Assembly (NCBI GenBank): GCA_050011875.1
Contig: JBEKIG010000006.1
Coordinates: forward strand, 43,586 to 107,585
DNA from: Nitrososphaeria archaeon
GTDB taxonomy: Archaea; Thermoproteota; Nitrososphaeria; JACIWG01
Direction: 5' to 3'
Length of the DNA stretch: 64,000 nt
Part shown: piece by piece, positions 1 to 10,129 of the stretch
Layout of the letters: the number at the start of each line of letters is the position of its first letter
How positions within the stretch are numbered: position 1 is the stretch's first letter
Translations under genes and position numbers: made by a program
Notes under the pieces: generated by a model
Seen by the model: only the letters and a program-made list of their open reading frames with translations
Database searches by the model: none
What the model was told of the DNA's origin: nothing

Positions 1-100
1 GACTTAGATATATATTTTTCACTCTATTAGAAGGTTATATGTTAATTTGTAAGTACGGAGGCTGACATTCTGCGCAGATTTATGAGATGCCGTTTGCAGG

Positions 101-1000
101 CTAAGATGGTGTTATCCTGTACCCTGAAATCTTTTCCATTGATTTGATCGCTGCCTGTGTGCCCTTTTCCCCTAGACCTTCAGCTTCAGCTATCCTAAAG
201 ATCTGATTCACTAAAGCTGTTCCAGGCAGTGGAAGATCCAGTTCAGAGGCTGTCTCGAGCACTAGTCTTAGGTCCTTTTGCTGGGTTTTCATCTTAAATC
301 CTGGTTCGAGGTCCCCTTTTACGATCTTTGGACCTTGGTTTGCAAGTTGCCAAGAGTTTGCCGCACCACCTGTCAGTACTTCGATCAGCTTGTTAAGGTC
401 TATTCCCGCCTTAGCGCCTAACATAAGTCCTTCACAGACGCCTTGAATGTTTAGAACACACATTATCTGGTTGCAGAGCTTAGCTATTTGGCCGTTTCCA
501 TGTGCACCCATGTAAGTTACTCTTTTTCCCAGAGCCTGGAAGATTGGAAGACACTTTTCAAAGACCTTTTCGTTTCCTCCAACCATAATAGAAAGCGTAG
601 CATTTATCGCCCCGATTTGACCGCCAGTAACAGGGGCATCGAGCATTTCCACATCTTTTTCTAACAACCTTTCCGCTACCTTTTTTGTGACCTTTGGAGA
701 AATTGTGCTCATGTCTATGACAATAACCCCCTTTCTGACCCCCCTTATTACACCGCTTGGGCCGAGTATGACCTCTTCTACGTCAGGGGAGTCTGTTAAC
801 ATCGTTATCACAACATCAGTTTTTTCGGCCACCTCTTTAGGGGAACCTGCTCCCTTCGCATTTAGAGCTAAGATTTCATCCATTTTTGAAGAAGTTCTGT
901 TCCAAACCGTCAATGAGTAGCCTGCTTTGATCAGGTTTGTTGCCATTGGTTTTCCCATCAACCCTAAACCTATGAATCCGATTTTAGTTTCCATTTTCAA
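101..1000 (-). CDS. NAD(P)-dependent beta-hydroxyacid dehydrogenase (3-hydroxyisobutyrate dehydrogenase / tartronate semialdehyde reductase family)
   Basis: GFIGLGLMG Rossmann motif, DAPVTGG, catalytic Lys in AKLCNQ, and the C-terminal F-x6-KDL motif. The start may be the ATG at 994. Confidence 0.9.
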   Translation of the reverse strand: MKMETKIGFIGLGLMGKPMATNLIKAGYSLTVWNRTSSKMDEILALNAKGAGSPKEVAEKTDVVITMLTDSPDVEEVILGPSGVIRGVRKGVIVIDMSTISPKVTKKVAERLLEKDVEMLDAPVTGGQIGAINATLSIMVGGNEKVFEKCLPIFQALGKRVTYMGAHGNGQIAKLCNQIMCVLNIQGVCEGLMLGAKAGIDLNKLIEVLTGGAANSWQLANQGPKIVKGDLEPGFKMKTQQKDLRLVLETASELDLPLPGTALVNQIFRIAEAEGLGEKGTQAAIKSMEKISGYRITPS

Positions 1001-1129
1001 ACCTTACCTTATATCAAATATCATGTTCATAAAGATAATTAAAACTTTCTATATATAATCAGACTCTAAAGATACGGAATTTGGTGCCCTAGTCAAAGAT
1101 TTCTGTAAGTCGCCATATGGGGTTGAGAG

Positions 1130-1879
1130 TTACACTATTGACTCCAATGCTGCAGGCAGTTCGGAGATATCATTGATTACTGCATCCGGCTTTACTTCAT
1201 CACTGTCTGCCGGAGCAGCTGCTTCAGTATTCCATTTATAATTCTGAGGATTCCGCAGCAGTATAGCTTTTAGGCCGAATCTCTTGGGATAATAGACATC
1301 GTAGACATATTCGTCTCCAACCATGACCGACTGCGTTCCCTTGGAAATGAATGGTCTGAAATATTCAATTTCATTCTTATAATAACAAGTCGTATCGGGT
1401 GTTAATATATAGTCAAAATACTTTTTTAAATCGAGTTTCTCCATGATGGGATTCTGGTACTTGAAGAAGCCGTTTGTTGCCGCGCATAGAATATATCCCC
1501 TTTTCTTGAGTGTCCTAAGGGTCTGTTTTGCTCGGGGAAATAAATAGCCGTTTGATAGGGTCAACCCCTCTGTGAGCTTGCCTAAGTCTAAACTCCAGTT
1601 TGTTCCAAGCCTTTGGGCGACCTCTTTAACCATGTCATCCCAATTGTACCGTTTGTTGCTCAGGTTTCTTTCCCTGATGATTTCTTCCTCCATCATAATG
1701 TTCCTTATTTTCTCTGAACTTGTCTTAGTCCTTTTAGAGAGTTCTTGAAGTACCAATGGTAAGACTTTGCGTTTGAAAGGGAATTTCATTACGGTGCCAT
1801 CAAGATCTATAAATATAACGATACTATTTTTGGAAACCTTTGATTCAATTTTCGGATAGTTGGTTCTATGGTACGCCAT
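1130..1879 (-). CDS. HAD-superfamily hydrolase
   Basis: Motif I FIDLDGT, motif II ATNG, motif IV MVGDEYVYDV, and a C-terminal PDAVINDISEL. Confidence 0.88.
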   Translation of the reverse strand: MAYHRTNYPKIESKVSKNSIVIFIDLDGTVMKFPFKRKVLPLVLQELSKRTKTSSEKIRNIMMEEEIIRERNLSNKRYNWDDMVKEVAQRLGTNWSLDLGKLTEGLTLSNGYLFPRAKQTLRTLKKRGYILCAATNGFFKYQNPIMEKLDLKKYFDYILTPDTTCYYKNEIEYFRPFISKGTQSVMVGDEYVYDVYYPKRFGLKAILLRNPQNYKWNTEAAAPADSDEVKPDAVINDISELPAALESIV

Positions 1880-2104
1880 GGAGAAAAGCTCGGGTTTTAC
1901 TTCTAAAAAGTTTTACCTTGATAGCTGAGAGATTGACATTAAAAAATAGGAAGGACTGGGAAGTTTAAGCGCTTTCTATATCGATCTGTTAAAGCGGCTT
2001 CAAAATGTTCCGTCATCGATTATGCAAATATTCTACATCGTAGGAGCCTGCGTAATAAGATAAACCCTTATATTCTTCATGGCTCCAAATATATTAAGAA
2101 GATT

Positions 2105-3316
2105 ATGAGCAACGAAAAATTTGTTAAAAAGGCTCTTGAAGAAGGAGCAGGAATTGTAAGGTTGGCACCGGCGTGGGTCCCCAGAACATCACCACCAGGA
2201 GGAAGAATGAAGCTTGCGCCCCAAGACCTCTTCGCCTTAGGCGTTGAAAGAGGCGGCTTCTGTGAAAGATGGTTCGCTTCTGCAGCAAGGGCAGACAATG
2301 GGCCTGGAACGCCTGAAGACGAAGGTATGAGTTACATCGTAATTAAAGAAGGATCAAAGTTTAATAGAGTCCTATTTAAGGATGCCGTCGGCTTCGATGG
2401 CGAGACTTTTATTGGAAAAGCGATGTTTAGGAAGTATAAGGGTTGGCCTATCTTTTCAAAGTTCTACGACTACCTGTACGCGATACCTTTCCATTTACAT
2501 TTAAGAGAAGAGCATGCTCTAAAGGTGGGTAGACAGCCGAAACCTGAAGCGTACTACTTTCCACCACAGTTGAATGCTATACCCGGCCGTTTTCCGTACA
2601 CGTTCTTCGGACTGAATTCTGGCACGACAAAGGCCGACATTAAAAGATGTCTTCAGAGGTGGAATAAGGGTGACAATGGTGTACTAAATTATTCGAGAGC
2701 CTATACGATAACTCCGGGAACTGGATGGGTGATTCCAGCAGGTATACTGCACGCGCCAGGAACCCTGGTAACCTATGAACCTCAGTGGGGGTCAGATGTG
2801 GCTTCCATGTATCAGTCGAAGGTTGAAGACAGGCTGATTCCATGGAGCAATGTGATAAAGGATGTGCCAATAGATCGTCAGAAGGATCTAGATTACATCA
2901 TAGACTTGATCGACTGGGAAGTCAACCTTGATCAGAATTTCAAGGAGCATCACTATGTGGAGCCGAAACCGGTTAAAAATACAAGGGAAATGCAGGAAGA
3001 AGGCTATTTAGAAAATTGGATTACATATGGCACAGAGCTTTTTTCTGCAAAGGAACTCACCATTCTACCGATGAAGTCCGTTAAGATCAAGGACAGCGCA
3101 GCCTACGGACTGATCGTCGTGCAGGGGCATGGGACATTTGGGGGTTTTGAAGCGGAGTCTCCCACAATGATAAGATATGAAGAAATGACAAACGATGAAC
3201 TATTTGTTACAATTGGAGCCGCAAAGGATGGCATCAAGATAGAGAACAAAAGCAGCAAGGAGAATCTTGTTATCCTCAAACACTTCGGACCCGAAAACCC
3301 CGATGTACCAAAATAG
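2105..3316 (+). CDS. Cupin-fold class I mannose-6-phosphate isomerase-like protein
   Basis: Metal-ligand pattern FHLH...KPEAYY...GILHAPG resembles type I PMI. Confidence 0.7.
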   Translation: MSNEKFVKKALEEGAGIVRLAPAWVPRTSPPGGRMKLAPQDLFALGVERGGFCERWFASAARADNGPGTPEDEGMSYIVIKEGSKFNRVLFKDAVGFDGETFIGKAMFRKYKGWPIFSKFYDYLYAIPFHLHLREEHALKVGRQPKPEAYYFPPQLNAIPGRFPYTFFGLNSGTTKADIKRCLQRWNKGDNGVLNYSRAYTITPGTGWVIPAGILHAPGTLVTYEPQWGSDVASMYQSKVEDRLIPWSNVIKDVPIDRQKDLDYIIDLIDWEVNLDQNFKEHHYVEPKPVKNTREMQEEGYLENWITYGTELFSAKELTILPMKSVKIKDSAAYGLIVVQGHGTFGGFEAESPTMIRYEEMTNDELFVTIGAAKDGIKIENKSSKENLVILKHFGPENPDVPK

Positions 3317-3635
3317 AACACGCAACATAGGCAAGATCTAGAAGTAACCTATCCAACACCTTTATTGCAAGTTACATCATGTAATGTATAGAATTACAGA
3401 CAGGACTAGTATTAATAATACTGGAAGGTATACCAAGCCATTAAATTAATATCAAAATTCCATTTGATTTTTAGTTATTCGATAAACTATGTTCGGTTAA
3501 TCCAATTAAAGGTTTAATTATAGTAACATGTCTTCAACATTAAAAGGCATGTGATATTTTACGCCATCAACAACTTTCAAGAAACAGGTTCTAAGAATTG
3601 ACCTTAAAAAGAAGAAAGTTCGTACTACATATGAA

Positions 3636-4286
3636 ATGATAGCCGTTGAAAAACCCTTTTCAATCTATGTAAATGGCAAACACATTTTTTCTACAATGAT
3701 CACCCCTGGAAGTAAGAAGGCGTTTGTTTTAGGTCATATTATGGCTGAAGGCCTGATTGAAAAGATTGACGAAATAAAAAAAGTTTCGATTAACAGATCC
3801 CGAGCTGATGTCAGACTTATTAAAGTTCGTACTGAGCGGGCCAGATTTTCTTCGAGTGCATATACGGATTCGATGATAATGGTTGAAGCTAAAGAAATAG
3901 CTAGAATTGCGGATGTGCTCAGTAGAAAAGGAAAAGTTTACCAGACAACTCATGGCACTCATTTTGCAGCTCTGGTTAAGATCGACGGCGAAATCGTATC
4001 ATTTGTGGAAGACGTTGGCAGGCATAATGCAATAGACAAGGCTTTAGGTGAAGGGTTACTGAAAAAGGCCGACTTCTCCTCATGTATCCTGTTCACCTCT
4101 TGTAGGCAACAGAGGAGTACAATATCGAAGGCATCAAAAGCGGGTGTAGTCATCGTTGTTTCGATTGTTGCTCCACTGCAATCCGGTATAGATTCGGCGA
4201 AAGAAATGCGTATAACACTAGTCTGTGTTAAACGACAGTATCTGAGTGTCTATACCCATCCTTCGAGAATTCGTACCGATTTCTGA
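3636..4286 (+). CDS. fdhD: FdhD/NarQ-family accessory sulfurtransferase-like protein, lacking the CxxC loop
   Basis: IAVEKPFSIYVNG N-terminus, EDVGRHNAIDK signature and YTHPSRI C-terminus. The frame is open upstream to 3555. Confidence 0.82.
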   Translation: MIAVEKPFSIYVNGKHIFSTMITPGSKKAFVLGHIMAEGLIEKIDEIKKVSINRSRADVRLIKVRTERARFSSSAYTDSMIMVEAKEIARIADVLSRKGKVYQTTHGTHFAALVKIDGEIVSFVEDVGRHNAIDKALGEGLLKKADFSSCILFTSCRQQRSTISKASKAGVVIVVSIVAPLQSGIDSAKEMRITLVCVKRQYLSVYTHPSRIRTDF

Positions 4287-4373
4287 TTTAATCCTTTAAC
4301 TCACATTCGTTCAAAGATAGGCCTTCCGATATACTTTTAAGAGGTATGTCTGAAACCTAAACAAGATATTGAC

Positions 4374-5066
4374 ATGACTAAGCAAGAGGAGGGGAAGAAA
4401 CCATCTAGAAGAAATTTTATAAAAAATCTTAGTGTAGGAGTTGCTGTTGGTATCGCTGCTACAGCTGGTGTAGCCAAAGTTCTGACTCCTCCAGCATCTA
4501 CAACCACAACAACTGAGATGGCTACGACGACGGTAACTGCTACGACGGCGGTAACTGCTACAACAATTAGCACGGAAACTTCGACAGTTCCCCCACAGAA
4601 GCTCTTAAGGGCCGGGGTGATAAAATATTCACCCGAAAAATGTGTTGGCTGCCAGAGATGTGTGCTCGCATGCGCGTTAGTCCACGGTGGCGCCATATCG
4701 CCTCAGCTCTCTAGAATAATGTGGACAGAAGAGTTCGTGGGGGAGGAAACATTCGAACCGATGTTCTGCGGGCAGTGTGACAGCCCTCTATGTTACTGGG
4801 CTTGCCCAAAAAAAGACCTAGCTCTTTCAATTGATGAGGTAACAGGCGCTAGGTATATTAACGATGATAACTGCATCGGATGCCAATCATGTATCAGAGC
4901 GTGTCCCTATACTCCTCCGAGGATAAATTTTGATACAGAAAGAAAGGTTTCTATCAAATGCGATCTTTGCATGGATAGGCCGAACGGGCCAGCCTGCATA
5001 GAAGTATGCTCAAATGTAAGCGGTGACAAAGCTCTCAGTTTTGTGAACAAGGAGGATAGACAGTAG
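4374..5066 (+). CDS. Tat-signal 4Fe-4S multi-cluster electron-transfer subunit (DmsB/YdhX-like)
   Basis: SRRNFIK twin-arginine motif, hydrophobic stretch, Thr-rich linker, and four Cys groups (CVGCQRCVLAC, CGQCDSPLCYWACP, CIGCQSCIRACP, CDLC...PACIEVC). Confidence 0.9.
   Translation: MTKQEEGKKPSRRNFIKNLSVGVAVGIAATAGVAKVLTPPASTTTTTEMATTTVTATTAVTATTISTETSTVPPQKLLRAGVIKYSPEKCVGCQRCVLACALVHGGAISPQLSRIMWTEEFVGEETFEPMFCGQCDSPLCYWACPKKDLALSIDEVTGARYINDDNCIGCQSCIRACPYTPPRINFDTERKVSIKCDLCMDRPNGPACIEVCSNVSGDKALSFVNKEDRQ
4521..4561 (+). repeat. 18-bp coding tandem repeat (about 2.3 copies) in the Thr-rich linker
   Basis: gctacgacgacggtaact / gctacgacggcggtaact / gctac. Confidence 0.85.
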
Positions 5067-5068
5067 AA

Positions 5069-7033
5069 ATGTACGGCTGGATGGGTAAAGTTCTGAGGAT
5101 AGACCTGTCTTCAGGGGACATAAGCGAAATTAGCACTGGGGATTATGTCCCTGACTTTATTGGCGGGTATGGTCTTGCATTAAAGCTGATATGGGATGAA
5201 ACTGTAGGTAAACAGTTCCCGAGTGAATTTGATCCAGAAGCGCCGTTAGTCCTTGCTACAGGTCCTCTTGCGGGAACTCCTTCGCCCGCCGCTGGAAGAA
5301 GCGAGGTCGGTGGGCTCGCCCCTCAGAGCTATCCTGTTGCTTGGGTCGCTGACTCAGGCTTTGGAGGCGACTTTGCTACAAAATTGAAGTTTTCAGGGTA
5401 TGATGCGATACTAATAGTTGGCAGTTCGAATACGCCAAAATACATCTATGTAGAAGATGGCGAAGCAGAAATAATTGATGCCACATATCTATGGGGACTA
5501 TACACCATAAAAGCCGAGCAATTACTTCTCCAAAAACACGGCCTCGATTCTGCTGTAGCGTCGATCGGGCCTGCGGGTGAAAATCTTGTAAGAATTGCTA
5601 TAATAACAACTAAAACAGAGAATGCTTCTGGACAAGGTGGGTTCGGAGCAGTTATGGGATCAAAGAAACTGAAGGCTATAGTAGTCAAAGGCAATCAGAG
5701 GATTAGAGTTGCCGAACCAGACATCCTAATAGACGAGGTGAAGAAGATCACCGCTGAATTTAGAAACGGGACTCCTAAAGGAACTTACATGTGGAGACCG
5801 TTATCAGAAACCGATCCTACGTATACCGTTAAGAAGCACAGTGGTTGTACAGGCTGTGGTGAGTGCATGAGTGCCACTGATTCTTTTCCTGATTATTATG
5901 AAAACGTTCAACAACATTGGACTGGCACTGGTATGATATCCGGCGATATGCACTGTATTGGCCGTAATGCGTCTAACCTTATTGGCAATATCCAGAACGA
6001 TACAGCTTTTGAATTCAACAAATTGGCGGAATATCTTGGGATAAACCATTGGGAGCTCTTTGCAGGAATGGGCTATTTTATTCAGAACTGCTACAAAGAT
6101 GGTAAGCTTTCTGAATTGATGGGAGAAAAGCTGAACTTGAACACAAATCCGTGGACAGTGGGATTTCCACCGGAGCTAGCTGCCAAATTTATCAATGCAA
6201 TAGCCTACAGAGACGGAGATGGGGATATATTTGCAGAAGGATCCCCTAGAGCAGAGGAAAAGCTAGGTATCCAGAATGAAGCATGGAAGACTCACAAACA
6301 CGGCTACGGTCCACACTGGGATGGAAGGTACCTGCATCTGATCAACTATCCACTTTGGGTGATAGCTGCTCTTCTCTGGAGTACGTGGGGGAGAGATCCA
6401 AACAATTCAACGCACTGCTGCGTCGAGAGCTACTATGACGGAGTCAAAGAATGGGGTGGAGGACCCATACCGTATGAACAGCTTAAGGTGATAGGTGAGA
6501 AGGTATATGGTACGGAAGATGCTTTCACGGGGTGGAAGAATGACGCTGACCTAGGCTATAAGGACAAGGAAATTGTTGTAATATATCACCAGCACAGAAG
6601 TATGATGAAGACAAGCCTTACGGTGTGTGACTGGATGTTCCCTATGACATGGTCAACAGCGACACCAGATAATGTTGGAGACTACGAAGCGGAAGTAAGA
6701 TTATTCAACGCAGTAACAGGACAAAATTATACTCTCGATGACATGCTAAATTCAGCGGAAAGATGCATGAACGTCCTGAGATCGCTCCATGTCAGACAGG
6801 GAAGGACAAGAACGGACGACGAAAGCGTCATTAGATACTTTACGGAGCAAAAATCTGCGCATCCCGACGAAATTCAAACACTCGACCAAGCTAAATTCGG
6901 TACGTTACTAGACAATTACTATGAAAGGAGAGGATGGGACAAGGCAACAGGATGGCCTACCGAAGATAAATTAGTTTCTCTTGGTCTCAAAGACGTTTCT
7001 GATGAGTTAGCAAGAACAGGAAACCTACCATAA
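5069..7033 (+). CDS. Aldehyde:ferredoxin oxidoreductase family (W/Mo-pterin) catalytic subunit
   Basis: MYGWMGKVLRIDLS start, SIGPAGENLV, GQGGFGAVMGSKKLKAI, a CTGCGEC cluster motif and YYERRGWDKATGWPT C-terminus. It starts 2 nt after the ferredoxin stop. Confidence 0.92.
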   Translation: MYGWMGKVLRIDLSSGDISEISTGDYVPDFIGGYGLALKLIWDETVGKQFPSEFDPEAPLVLATGPLAGTPSPAAGRSEVGGLAPQSYPVAWVADSGFGGDFATKLKFSGYDAILIVGSSNTPKYIYVEDGEAEIIDATYLWGLYTIKAEQLLLQKHGLDSAVASIGPAGENLVRIAIITTKTENASGQGGFGAVMGSKKLKAIVVKGNQRIRVAEPDILIDEVKKITAEFRNGTPKGTYMWRPLSETDPTYTVKKHSGCTGCGECMSATDSFPDYYENVQQHWTGTGMISGDMHCIGRNASNLIGNIQNDTAFEFNKLAEYLGINHWELFAGMGYFIQNCYKDGKLSELMGEKLNLNTNPWTVGFPPELAAKFINAIAYRDGDGDIFAEGSPRAEEKLGIQNEAWKTHKHGYGPHWDGRYLHLINYPLWVIAALLWSTWGRDPNNSTHCCVESYYDGVKEWGGGPIPYEQLKVIGEKVYGTEDAFTGWKNDADLGYKDKEIVVIYHQHRSMMKTSLTVCDWMFPMTWSTATPDNVGDYEAEVRLFNAVTGQNYTLDDMLNSAERCMNVLRSLHVRQGRTRTDDESVIRYFTEQKSAHPDEIQTLDQAKFGTLLDNYYERRGWDKATGWPTEDKLVSLGLKDVSDELARTGNLP

Positions 7034-7399
7034 ACTATGGCAGCATCAATATTAATTCGAGGAAGTGCAACTTCTACGAACATATCATTTCTGTATTTCC
7101 AGAATCAAATGAAATGAGAAACGAATTTTGGAAAGCACATCTTGCAATATATGGTTCTAAGACCTATTGTCGTAGTTCCTTAACAGTGTCTTCTAATCTA
7201 AGATGTGAGCACAGAAAGTATGTTCAAATTCAAGCCGTTTAATCTTTCGATAACCTCACTCCTAATAGGTGTTAGATCTTAAGCCCCTATTCTCTATATA
7301 ATTGTGAAGGAATGACATCAAACGTGCTGTACTAAATAGGATGCTCTTCCATTTTGCGACAATAAAGTTAATATCTATGTTTTTCATATACATATTAAA

Positions 7400-7633
7400 A
7401 TGGCTTTAGCATTTGTTTTAATAAATTCGGAATTAGGTGCTGAAAGTGAAATAATTAAGGAACTGAAAAAGATCGAGGAAATAAAAGAAGTATATCCGGT
7501 CTACGGCGTTTACGATATTATAGTTAAAGTTCAAGCAGACGCTCTTGATAAGGTAAAGGACATAATAACTTGGAAGATCAGACGCCTAGATAAAATACGT
7601 TCGACCCTAACAATGATCGCTATCGAAGAATAG
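7400..7633 (+). CDS. Stand-alone Lrp/AsnC ligand-binding (RAM) domain protein
   Basis: AFVLIN...VYGVYDIIVKV...IRSTLTMI; 77 aa with no HTH. Confidence 0.9.
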   Translation: MALAFVLINSELGAESEIIKELKKIEEIKEVYPVYGVYDIIVKVQADALDKVKDIITWKIRRLDKIRSTLTMIAIEE

Positions 7634-7802
7634 AATAAAAATCTAATGAAAGAAATAAGTTTACCTAATTATTATTATATTCTTTCTATCTGAACATTTT
7701 TCCATATTGCCTCAAGAGCTCAAGCTTCTCAATCGTTCACTTCTGTTCTAACGATTTAATAAATGGGATATAAGACCCATTTTATAGCAGTAGGCAAATT
7801 GA

Positions 7803-9149
7803 TTAAAGAATCGAATAAAGCTCCTTAACGTATCTCTCAACAATTATGTCCCAGGAAAATTGCTGAGCAAATGGAACAGTATTTTCAGCCATCTCGTCCC
7901 TATTTGCTATAACATATTCTAATCCACTTGCTATGGATGATGTATCACTGCCGTCCACCAACACCCCCGTCTTCTTATCTATGATGTTCTCTGGTAGTCC
8001 ACCCACATTTCCGACGACTACGGGTAGGCCGCAGGCCTGAGCTTCGACAGCGACTAGACCGAACGCTTCCTTGGTTGAAGGGAATGCTCCTACGGACGCT
8101 GATCTGATCAATGAAAGGAGTACGTCGTCTGGTAATTGCTCCGTATAAATCTTAACCCTCGATCTAATGTCTGCTGGGAGGTCATTATATTTATCCAAGA
8201 CATCAGTATGGTAATACTCCCAGTTAGAGGGTATGCCAAAGATCGCTAGGTCGTATTCTGTTTGGGACTTGTAATAAAGCTTATCGTATGCTAGTATCAG
8301 ATTTGATATACCTTTCACAGGGTCTATTCTCCCCCAGAAAGCGATGTACTTCCTTTTAAGGCCATATCTTTGAAGTATTTCCACATCTTTCTTCTTTTCC
8401 TCCTCCGTCGGTGGTCTGAATTTTTTCAGGTCTATTCCGTTCGGGATGCAGACCAGCTTGTCAGACCTTATTCTATACTGAGTTCTTATTATCCTCTCTT
8501 GGCTCTTGGACATTACGTGCACCTTGTCAGCAAGCTTACACCCCTTTTGCTCCCACTGAAGTCTTTCATCTCTTTTAACCTCATCATCTTTTCTATCAGA
8601 ACTCATATGGACGGACAGAATGCATTTTGAGTCCGGCATAGCTCGAGCAGTCTTCAGATTGTAAATGAATTGAGCGCCATAGAAGTCGTGTCCGTGGATA
8701 ATTGTGCTCTCATCAAACATCTTTCGGCACAGTTCACCGTTAGAATCGTAAATATAATTAAGTGTTGTAAATATATGGTCCCAAGTTACTATGCAATCAA
8801 GTGGATTGTCAATATAGAGGCTGCCGCTTTTTGCTTGGATCTTATCACCTAGGCCGCTGCATGGAGGAACGGCATAGACGTCCACGTTTGATATCGGCCT
8901 ATATTGAACGACGTTTTCTGGGTTATAGTAGGATTTGGGAAAGATGGGTGAGCCGCTCAAACCCTTCTTCCTCGCAAGAACGGTTACATTGTAACCGAAT
9001 GATGGAAGACGCTCGGAGACTTCGGCTACAACCCTTCCCATCCCACCCCACTTTTCTATATCTTCCACTTTCCCCTTTAAGACTTCACCCTTCCCTACGT
9101 TCCACCAGTATTCCGGGGAAAACATTATGATTTCCTTGTCAACCGGCAT
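7803..9149 (-). CDS. GT4-family glycosyltransferase (glycogen-synthase-like)
   Basis: WGGMG N-terminal loop, HGHD, IPNGID, GRIDPVKG and EAFGLVAVEAQACGLPVV. Confidence 0.88.
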   Translation of the reverse strand: MPVDKEIIMFSPEYWWNVGKGEVLKGKVEDIEKWGGMGRVVAEVSERLPSFGYNVTVLARKKGLSGSPIFPKSYYNPENVVQYRPISNVDVYAVPPCSGLGDKIQAKSGSLYIDNPLDCIVTWDHIFTTLNYIYDSNGELCRKMFDESTIIHGHDFYGAQFIYNLKTARAMPDSKCILSVHMSSDRKDDEVKRDERLQWEQKGCKLADKVHVMSKSQERIIRTQYRIRSDKLVCIPNGIDLKKFRPPTEEEKKKDVEILQRYGLKRKYIAFWGRIDPVKGISNLILAYDKLYYKSQTEYDLAIFGIPSNWEYYHTDVLDKYNDLPADIRSRVKIYTEQLPDDVLLSLIRSASVGAFPSTKEAFGLVAVEAQACGLPVVVGNVGGLPENIIDKKTGVLVDGSDTSSIASGLEYVIANRDEMAENTVPFAQQFSWDIIVERYVKELYSIL

Positions 9150-9248
9150 CGAATCGTCTATCGGATGTTTAATAGGTATATTTAACTTTCTTTCCTTTTG
9201 TAGTCAAAAATTTATATAAAAGGCGATTCTGAGCAAAAACCGAAAATA

Positions 9249-9977
9249 TTGGTGGAAACTTCATTTCAATGCGAGCTCGAAAATGCCGCTAGAGAACTTG
9301 GAGCGGATTTATTCGGTGTGGCAGACCTTACGGAAGCACAAGATTTTGTATGTAACCAGGGAGGGGAGTACCTGAGGAAGTTCCCTAGGGCTATCTCAAT
9401 AGGTATTCGTCTGATGGACGCCGTTGTCGACGAGCTACACAGACACGAGGAGCGCTCCGTAATCTTCACTTACAGGGCACTATATAATTCCGTTAACTCT
9501 AGGTTAGACCATATCGGGCTGCTCTTGGCTAGAAGGATCCAAAAAGAAGGCTTCCAAGCATATCCGATTCCGGCATCTCAGGTCATCGATAATGACAGAC
9601 TCGTGGGGACGGTTTCCAACAAACTTGCACCGAATCTGGCTGGGCTAGGATGGATCGGAAAAAGCTGTCTTCTAGTAACCCCAGAATACGGTCCAAGAGT
9701 AAGATTTGCAACCATTCTCACGGATGCTAAATTGAAGGCTGGTTCTTCTATAAAAGTGCGGTGTGGGGAGTGCAGGGCGTGTGTAAACATATGTCCACCT
9801 AAGGCGTTTTCAGGGGTTCCGTTTGATCCTAAAGAGCCTAGGGAAATCAGATTTAATGCGCACGCGTGCTACGATTACATGAAAAGAAGGGAGCAGAAGT
9901 TAGGTGAACAGCTCTGCGGATTATGTGTCTACATCTGTCCATACGGTAAAGGGGAAAGGTTAAGGAAATCTTCCTAG
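9249..9977 (+). CDS. Epoxyqueuosine reductase (QueG)/reductive-dehalogenase-like Fe-S protein
   Basis: GADLFGVA, AGLGWIGKSCLLVTPEYGPRVRFATILTDA, CGECRACVNICP and CGLCVYICPYG. Confidence 0.85.
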   Translation: MVETSFQCELENAARELGADLFGVADLTEAQDFVCNQGGEYLRKFPRAISIGIRLMDAVVDELHRHEERSVIFTYRALYNSVNSRLDHIGLLLARRIQKEGFQAYPIPASQVIDNDRLVGTVSNKLAPNLAGLGWIGKSCLLVTPEYGPRVRFATILTDAKLKAGSSIKVRCGECRACVNICPPKAFSGVPFDPKEPREIRFNAHACYDYMKRREQKLGEQLCGLCVYICPYGKGERLRKSS

Positions 9978-10129
9978 GGAGAGTATTTACCAAAGCAGTT
10001 ACGAAGATGAAGTAAAACAATCTCATAGAAGATGAATCTTGCATATTAAACTTTTCCGTGTAACTTGGATGAGTTTGGAAAGGTTAATATTGGGTAGCAG
10101 GCTATAGAAAGAGTGAGGTTGTAGAAAGC

